From NCBI GenBank assembly GCA_964016885.1, contig CAXHJY010001397.1:1-24497 (forward strand): 24,497 nucleotides of DNA, written 5' to 3'. Shown one piece after another: positions 14,139 through 24,497 of the stretch. Both the position numbers and the translations under genes were made by a program. The notes beneath the pieces were generated by a model, which was not told where the DNA came from, searched no databases, and worked only from the letters and a program-made list of their open reading frames with translations. The number at the start of each line of letters is the position of its first letter. Position 1 is the stretch's first letter. This stretch comes from Eledone cirrhosa (lineage: Eukaryota).

Positions 14139-14534
14139 TCATACATATATATATATATATATATTCATACATATATATATATATTCATACATATATATAT
14201 ATATTCATACATATATATATATATTCATACATATATATATATATTCATACATATATATATATATTCATACATATATATATATTCATACATATATATATAT
14301 ATATTCATACATATATATATATTCATACATATATATATATTCATACATATATATATATTCATACATATATATATATATATTCATACATATATATATATTC
14401 ATACATATATATATATTCATACATATATATATATTCATACATATATATATATTCATATATATATATTCATACATATATATTCATACATATATATTCATAC
14501 ATATATATTCATACATATATATATATTCATACAT
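13678..14534. repeat. TTCATACA(TA)n minisatellite-like array
   Basis: Dozens of TTCATACA cores separated by variable (TA)n spacers that shorten toward the right. Confidence 0.97.
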
Positions 14535-16236
14535 TGCAGTTCGGGTTTGTGTCAGGCAAAAGCACCACAGACGCTCTTTTCATAGTACGACAACTACAGG
14601 AGAAGTACCTAGCTAAAGGTAAACCCCTCTACTTAGCTTTTGTCGACCTGGAGAAAGCCTTCGACAGAGTCCCCCGCTCCATTATCTGGTGGGCTCTTAG
14701 AAAACTAGGCGTTGACGAATGGCTTGTGAGGGCTATACAAGCCATGTATAAAGAAACAGTCAGCAAGGTTAGAATTAACAACGAATATAGTGAAGAGTTT
14801 AGCGTAAAAGTTGGCGTCCATCAGGGCTCTGTTCTCAGCCCCCTACTATTTATTATTGCCCTTCAGGCTATAACAGAGGAGTTCAAGACAGGCTGCCCAT
14901 GGGAACTCCTATACGCAGACGACCTGACACTCATAGCGGAATCAATGGCCGAGCTAGAGAAGAAATTCCAAACATGGAAGCACGGCCTAGAGTCAAAAGG
15001 ACTTAAAATTAACCTGGCTAAGACCAAAGTTCTAGTTTGTAGGAAAGAAAACAAGGCGGCGGTCCCTTCTGGGAAATGGTCGTGCTCGGTATGTAGGAAA
15101 GGCGTAGGTAGAAACTCCATCTTATGTCCTAAATGCAAAGTACGGGTGCATAAAAGATGTAGTGGGATCACAGGTAAGCTAACTAAGAACATAGACTTTA
15201 CATGTGGCCGGTGTTCTGGTGCAATAAGTAGCAGCAAGTGCCCACAAAATACTAGCTCTTTCAATTGCGCAGAGGGTTCTATAGAAATAGTGGACAGCTT
15301 CCGTTACCTGGGCGATAAAATCAGCAGTGGGGGAGGGTGCTCTGAAAGTACTGTAGCTAGAGTCAGAACTGGTTGGAAAAAGTTCAGAGAGCTTATACCA
15401 CTATTAGCTGCTAAAGGGTTCTCCCTAAAAATGAAAGGCAGGTTGTACGATGCCTGCATACGAACAGCAATGTTGCATGGTAGTGAGACCTGGGCATTGT
15501 GTGCAGAGGATATACGCAGACTAGAGAGGAACGAAGCTTGCATGCTCCGCTGGATGTGTAACAGTAATATACGTGAACGGCAAAGCATAAACGAACTAAG
15601 GAAAAAATTAGAGATAAGAGGGATCAGATGTTGTTTACTCGAGAGAAGGCTGCGTTGGTATGGACACGTGATGCGCATGAAAGTCGATAGCTGTATTACA
15701 AAGTGCAGGGCAATAAAGATAGACGGTAGCCACGGAATAGGCAGACCTAGAAAAACATGGGATGAGCTGATAAACTCCGACCTCACACACTTACACCTCT
15801 CCAAGACAATGTCACTGGACCGTGACCTTTGGCGGTACTCAGTAACAGAGAAGACCCGCCTTGCCAGTAGGCATCTCTAACAAACTACACCCCGTCCCGC
15901 CACCACCCCCACCCCATCCACACCACCCTGTTCTATGTAAAGTTATGTTGGTGCCGCGCCATCCAGGCCGAAACAAATGAGATCGTGTAGGTGTCACGAC
16001 AAAAAAACACACAGTCCACGCTGTAATGTGGCCGTGTAGGCAACACGGTAAAAACCTCCCAGACCCACACTGTAAATGTGGTTGGTGTTAGGAAGGGCAT
16101 CCAACTGTAGAAAACCTGCCAGACAGTCCTATGCGAGCAAGACAATCACTCTTGCCTCAAGTGGGACTAGCCCCGTCCAAACCCATGCAAGCGTGGAACA
16201 CGGACGTTAAACGTTGATGATGATTGATGATGATGA
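14535..16236 (+). mobile_element. Second RTE-group LINE, 5'-truncated, with 3' UTR and (TGA)n tail
   Basis: Starts abruptly at QFGF within the RT; stop at 15878-15880; ~330 nt 3' UTR ending CGGACGTTAAACGT(TGA)n. Confidence 0.94.
14537..15880 (+). pseudogene. 5'-truncated reverse transcriptase ORF with an internal PHD-type finger
   Basis: [27 protein letters not shown] (14912-14923), [25 protein letters not shown]. Reading frame uninterrupted, but no endonuclease domain or true start. Confidence 0.92.
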
Positions 16237-17699
<1,463 letters not shown>

Positions 17700-18040
17700 G
17701 GAGGCACGTGGCTTAGTGGTTAGAGCATTGGGCTTGCAATCGAAAGGTTGTGAGTTCAATTCTCAGACCGGGTGATGTGTTGTTTCCTTGAGCAAGACAC
17801 TTTATTTCACATTGCTCCAGTTTACTCAGCTGTAGAAATGAGATGATAGGGGCTGGGGTCCCTATCATTCCACTGCAAAGTGGTCGTGGAGGTGCCACGG
17901 CAAAAAAGCACCCAGCACTCACTGTAAATGAGGTTGGTGTTAGGAAGGGCATCCAGCTGTAGAAATCAAGCCAGCATCAGTTCCCGTCCCACCCTTGCAA
18001 GCAGGGAAAAAGCGGACGTAAAATGATAGTATAGTAGTAG
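17700..18040 (+). mobile_element. tRNA-derived CORE-type SINE with RTE-derived 3' tail
   Basis: tRNA-like head with A and B boxes; CORE-like segment CCTTGAGCAAGACACTTTA...CAGTTTACTCAGCTGTAGAAATG (~17785-17840) resembling the MIR CORE consensus; 3' part similar to LINE 3' UTR 15983-16210; (TAG)n tail. Confidence 0.9.
17709..17762 (+). promoter_or_regulatory. Internal RNA polymerase III promoter of the SINE
   Basis: A box TGGCTTAGTGG (17709-17719) and B box GAGTTCAATTC (17752-17762) at tRNA-like spacing. Confidence 0.8.
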
Positions 18041-18437
18041 TATATATATATATATATACATACATATATATATATATATATACATACATATATATATATA
18101 TACATACATATATATATATATACATACATATATATATATATATACATACATATATATATATATATATACATACATACATATATATATATACATACATATA
18201 TATATATACATACATACATACACATATATATACATACATACATATATATATACATACATACATATATATATACATACATATATATATACATACATACATA
18301 TATATATACATACACATACATATATATATATACATACATACATATATATATACATACATACATATATATATACATACATACATATATATATACATACATA
18401 CATATATATATACATACATACATATATATATACATAC
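18041..18437. repeat. (TACA)n(TA)n compound microsatellite
   Basis: Direct inspection. Confidence 0.96.
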
Positions 18438-20862
18438 ATGGAGATCTACTGGAGATCTGTATGGGAAACGGATGACGGATTCAACAGACAAGCTAATTGG
18501 CTAAAAGAACTGGAACAGGACTACTGCCAACATGTCCAGACAAAACAATATGACATAGATGGGTCAATACTGGAAACAGCTCTACAGAAAATGTCGAATA
18601 GGAAATCGCCAGGCCCAGACCTCATTACAGGATACTGGTTGAAGAATTTCACTTTCTATCGGCAAGATCTCATACGGCTGTTTACAGAAACCATTACAGG
18701 CACACAAGAACTGTCCAGATGGTTATCAACTGCCACTACTCTCCTCATTCCCCAAAATAGCCAAACCACCCTTGCTAAAAATTAATGCCCAATAGCCTGC
18801 CAAAAAAATCATGTATAAATTATATACTGGGTGCCTTAACCTGTTCTTACAGGATCACTGTGCTACCAACAACATCATAACACCTGAGCAAGCTGGTGGA
18901 AAGAGGGAGGTGTGGGGTTGCATAGATCACCTACTAACTAAAAAATGATTCAGGAAAAAACAACAAAGAATCGCAGAAACATGACTGTCGTGTGGCTGGA
19001 CTATCAAAAAGCATTTGATAGTGTACCTCATGGGTGGATTGTTAAGGCTTTACAGTTAGCTAAAGTCCCACAACCATTGGTAGCTGCTGTTGAACGCCTG
19101 ACCAAGAACTGGTACACCAGTTTGATCCTTAGAGGTGAGAAGGAGCAGGTTAGGACTGATAAAATACATTACCAGAAGGGCATCTTTCAGGGTGATAGCT
19201 CACTAAATCCACTTTCAGGGTGATAGCTTGTCGGTGCTACTCTTCGTTCTCTCACTGAATCCACTATCTTACCTACTCAGGAAACAAGGTCGACAAAGAA
19301 GTGGGACCAGAAGTATCTCCCATCTTTTCTTTGTTGATGACCTGAAATTGTATGGGCCAAATATCAATGACATCAAAAAACAACTGGACCTCATTACACA
19401 ATTTTCAACCGACATCAAAATGAAATTTGGTGAGTCCAAGTGTGCATATTTGGCAGTAAAACGTGGAAGAGCTGTGCCCTCCTCTAGAAATCTAGAGATG
19501 AACGGCCTGACAATACAACCTCTGCAGTCAGGTGACAACTACAGATATCTTGGACAGGATGAGAATGTCAGATATGATGGACCCATAAATAAGGAGAAAA
19601 CCAGAACTGAATACCTCAGAAGAGTAAAGAAAATATGGTCATCAGAACTGTCAGCATACAACAAATACATTGCCCACAATACTTATGCTGTGCCAATTCT
19701 AACGCCAACATTTGGCCTACTGAACTGGTCATTGCAAGAACTAAGTGAGATGGATGTTAGAACTCGAAAACTTCTCAGTGTTACTGGGAACTTTAACATC
19801 AATGGTGATGTGGATAGGCTATACTTCTCACGCAAGGAAGGTGGCCGGGGTCTAAAATCAATATTAACAACATATGAGACCCGGATAGTGACACTGAAGC
19901 AACACCTTCAACAGAGGAAAAAGGTTGGCAACCATCTTGCCCAGGTTTATGACCATGAAAAAAGAAATATCATTAGAATAGCGACTGATCTGGAGGAGAG
20001 ATATGGAATAAAGCCCGATATAAATCTCTCACCCAGAGAAATCGGAAGATCCTATTCAATGTTCAAACAAGAAAAAAAAATTGACCAATTTACAGAAAAA
20101 GTTGTGCATGGATACTTGAGGCGTAAAACACAGACCATAGAGGGGATAAACCACTCAAAAAGCCTGGCATGGAGTTCCGACAAGTTTATGACATCACACC
20201 TTGAGGGATATCTCTATGCAATACAGGAACAAGAACTCCCTACCAAATATCTGCTGCACAAAAGAGGAGGGCCAGCAGCTGACAATAAATGTAGGCTATG
20301 TAAAACAAAGATCGAGGATGTAAGCCACATTGTTGCCAGCTGCGAAAGAATGTCATCTCGCTACTACCTCCCCATGAGACACGATGGGATAGCTAGAACC
20401 ATCTGGAACGCACTTCGGAAAACAAAATTAACAACAAACGAGGAAGAATATATTGAGACAGATGGCACTAAGGAATACTGGTGGAACCTGAAAATAAAAA
20501 CTGCCACCAGATTAAAGCACAACCGGCCTGATATTGTAGTTTGGGAACACACATTGAAAACGTGTTCTGTTGTGGAGATCAGCTGCCCACTTGATGTAAA
20601 CGTTGTCAGAAAAATACAGGAGAAGGAGGACATCTACGGACCATTGATGAGGAGTTTACAAATCCAGTATCCAAGATACACCTTTAGCTTCATACCCATC
20701 ATTATTGGTGCTACGGGTTATATACCAACCCGCTTGGACCAAAGTATGACTGAACTTGGATTTGCGGACAAAAAGCGCAGCTCCCTAATTCATAGTCTAC
20801 AAATGGCTGCGATAGCTGGCACCTTCAAAATTTGCAAAACATTCTTGCGATTCAAGGGATGA
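18438..20862 (+). pseudogene. Disrupted RT-RLE ORF
   Basis: KSPGPD, EQAGG, DYQKAFDSVPH, GIFQGDS, FFVDD, YRYLG, GGRGL, CRLC-x8-H-x4-C, RHD, RPDIVV...VEISCP, KEDIY. Lesions: stop at 18783-18785, +1 shift in the A-run near 18805, -1 shift near 18943, 28-nt insertion at 19201-19228. Confidence 0.9.
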
Positions 20863-20943
20863 CAATTTCTTTTCTTTTACAACCTTGCCACCAGGATAGT
20901 GGCCGGTCAAAAAAATATACTCAAAATTAAGAGAAAGAGAAAA
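18438..20943 (+). mobile_element. R4/Dong-like non-LTR retrotransposon (RT + CCHC + restriction-like endonuclease), 5'-truncated
   Basis: Domain order RT, zinc knuckle, RLE; ~80 nt 3' UTR merging into (CATA)n. Clade assigned from motif style only. Confidence 0.85.
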
Positions 20944-21058
20944 CATACATATATATATACATACACATACATATATATATATACATACACATACATATAT
21001 ATACATACACATACATATATATACATACATACATATATATATATACATACATACATAC

Positions 21059-21091
<33 letters not shown>

Positions 21092-21100
21092 CATACATAC

Positions 21101-21133
<33 letters not shown>

Positions 21134-21135
21134 CA

Positions 21136-21167
<32 letters not shown>

Positions 21168-21194
21168 CATACATACATACATATATATATATAC

Positions 21195-21274
<80 letters not shown>

Positions 21275-21330
21275 ACATACATACATATATATACATACAT
21301 ACATATATATACATACATACATATATATAC

Positions 21331-21395
<65 letters not shown>

Positions 21396-22004
21396 CATAC
21401 ATACATATATATACATACATACATATATATACATACATACATATATATATACATACATACATATATATATACATACATACATATATATATACATACATAC
21501 ATATATATATACATACATACATATATATATATATATACATACATACATATATATATATACATACATACATATATATATATACATACATACATACATATAT
21601 ATATATACATACATACATATATATATATATATACATACATACATATATATATATACATACATATATATATATATATACATACATATATATATATACATAC
21701 ATACATATATATATATACATACATACATATATATATATACATACATACATATATATACATACATACATATATATATATATACATACATACATACATATAT
21801 ATACATACATACATATATATACATACATACATATATATATATACATACATATATATATATACATACATACATACATATATATATACATACATATATATAT
21901 ACATACATACATATATATATATACATACATACATATATATATATATACATACATATATATATACATACATACATATATACATACATATATATATATATAC
22001 ATAC

Positions 22005-22039
<35 letters not shown>

Positions 22040-22067
22040 CATACATATATATATATATACATACATA

Positions 22068-22107
<40 letters not shown>

Positions 22108-22571
22108 CATACATATATATATACATACATATATATATACATACATATATATATACATACATATATATATACATACATATATATATACATATATATATAC
22201 ATACATATATATATACATACATATATATATACATACATACATATATATATATACATACATACATATATACATACATACATATATATATATACATACATAC
22301 ATACATATATACATACATACATATATATATATACATACATACATACATATATACATACATACATATATATATATATATACATACACACATATATATATAC
22401 ATACACACATATATATATACATACATTCATACATATATATATATATACATACATACATACATACATATATACATACATACATATATATATATACATACAT
22501 ACATATATACATACATATATATATATACATACATATATATATATACATACATATATATATATACATACATA

Positions 22572-22612
<41 letters not shown>

Positions 22613-22614
22613 AC

Positions 22615-22648
<34 letters not shown>

Positions 22649-22662
22649 ACATACATACATAC

Positions 22663-22698
<36 letters not shown>

Positions 22699-22926
22699 AC
22701 ATACATATATATATATACATACATATATATATATACATACATACATATATATATATACATACATACATATACATACATATATATATATATACATACATAT
22801 ATATATATACATACATATATATATATATACATACATATATATATATATACATACATATATATATATATACATACATATGTATGTATGTATATATATATAT
22901 GTATGTATATATATATATGTATGTAT

Positions 22927-22957
<31 letters not shown>

Positions 22958-23166
22958 TGTATGTATATATGTATGTATGTATGTATATATATATATGTAT
23001 GTATGTATATATGTATGTATGAATGTATGTATATATATACATATATATGAATGTATGTATATATATACATATATATATATACATACATACATATATATAT
23101 ATATACATACATATATATATATACATACATACATATATATATATATACATACATATATATATATAC

Positions 23167-23200
<34 letters not shown>

Positions 23201-23227
23201 ACATACATATATATATATACATACATA

Positions 23228-23259
<32 letters not shown>

Positions 23260-23453
23260 CATATATATATACATACATACATATATATATACATACATAC
23301 ATATATATATACATACATACATATATATATACATACATACATATATATATACATACATACATATATATATATACATACATATATATATACATACATACAT
23401 ATATATATACATACATACATATATATATACATACATACATATATATATATACA

Positions 23454-23489
<36 letters not shown>

Positions 23490-23631
23490 TACATACATAC
23501 GTATATATATATACATACATATATATATATATACATACATACATATATATATATATACATACATACATACATATATATATACATACATACATATATATAT
23601 ATACATACATACATATATATATATACATACA

Positions 23632-23667
<36 letters not shown>

Positions 23668-23772
23668 CATACATATATATATATATATATACATACATAT
23701 ATATATATATATATACATACATATATATATATATACATACATATATATATATATACATACATATATATATAT

Positions 23773-23815
<43 letters not shown>

Positions 23816-24074
23816 CATATATATATATATATATATACATACATATATATATATATACATACATATATATATATATACATACATATATATATATATACAT
23901 ACATATATATATATATACATACATATATATATATATACATACATATATATATATACATACATATATATATATATACATACATATATATATATATACATAC
24001 ATATATATATATATACATACATATATATATATACATACATATATATATATATACATACATATATATATATATAC

Positions 24075-24108
<34 letters not shown>

Positions 24109-24497
24109 ATACATACATATATATATATACATACATACATATATATATATACATACATACATACATATATACATACATACATATATATATATATACATAC
24201 ATATATATATATATACATACATATATATATATATACATACATATATATATATATACATACATATATATATATATACATACATATATATATATATACATAC
24301 ATATATATATATATACATACATATATATATATATATATACATACATATATATATATATACATACATATATATATATATACATACATACATATATATATAT
24401 ATACATACATACATATATATATACATACATACATACATACATATATATATACATACATACATATATATATACATACATACATATATATATATATACA
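20944..24497. repeat. (CATA)n(TA)n compound microsatellite containing a locally inverted block at ~22877-23060
   Basis: Direct inspection; runs off the end of the window. Confidence 0.97.

Noticed and set aside
13690-14534. CRISPR-like repeat-spacer array
   Set aside because: The spacers are only (TA)n of variable length; eukaryotic context and no cas genes.
13655-15880. 741-aa ORF fusing an IYIH repeat to a reverse transcriptase
   Set aside because: Chance in-frame junction between a stop-free microsatellite and a 5'-truncated LINE; no evidence of expression.
8714-16236. Composite DNA transposon or foldback element with long terminal inverted repeats
   Set aside because: The arms are LINE 3' ends with (TGA)n tails and different truncation points; no transposase; the minisatellite around both arms keeps one orientation.
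17700-17772. Functional tRNA gene
   Set aside because: Acceptor stem does not pair properly and the head runs straight into CORE and LINE-tail sequence, so it is a SINE head.

Overview
Eukaryotic, repeat-only window with no host gene. About half is (TA)n-based compound microsatellite, into which six non-LTR retroelement insertions have landed. These are: two near-full-length, ~99% identical RTE (BovB-like) LINEs on the minus strand (APE endonuclease + RT + three C2H2 fingers, each with one different inactivating lesion); two 5'-truncated copies of a second RTE-group LINE in opposite orientations (one shows a PHD finger inside its RT); a tRNA/CORE SINE sharing that LINE's 3' tail; and a 5'-truncated R4/Dong-type LINE with a restriction-like endonuclease. 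The repeat content resembles octopus DNA (inference, not verified). Top observation: by manual alignment, 19 of the 22 ORF substitutions between the two RTE copies are A/G on the element's sense strand, with an ADAR-like neighbour pattern. This suggests A-to-I edits of the LINE mRNA were written into the genome by retrotransposition. All long I/Y/M/H/C-rich ORFs are microsatellite artefacts.
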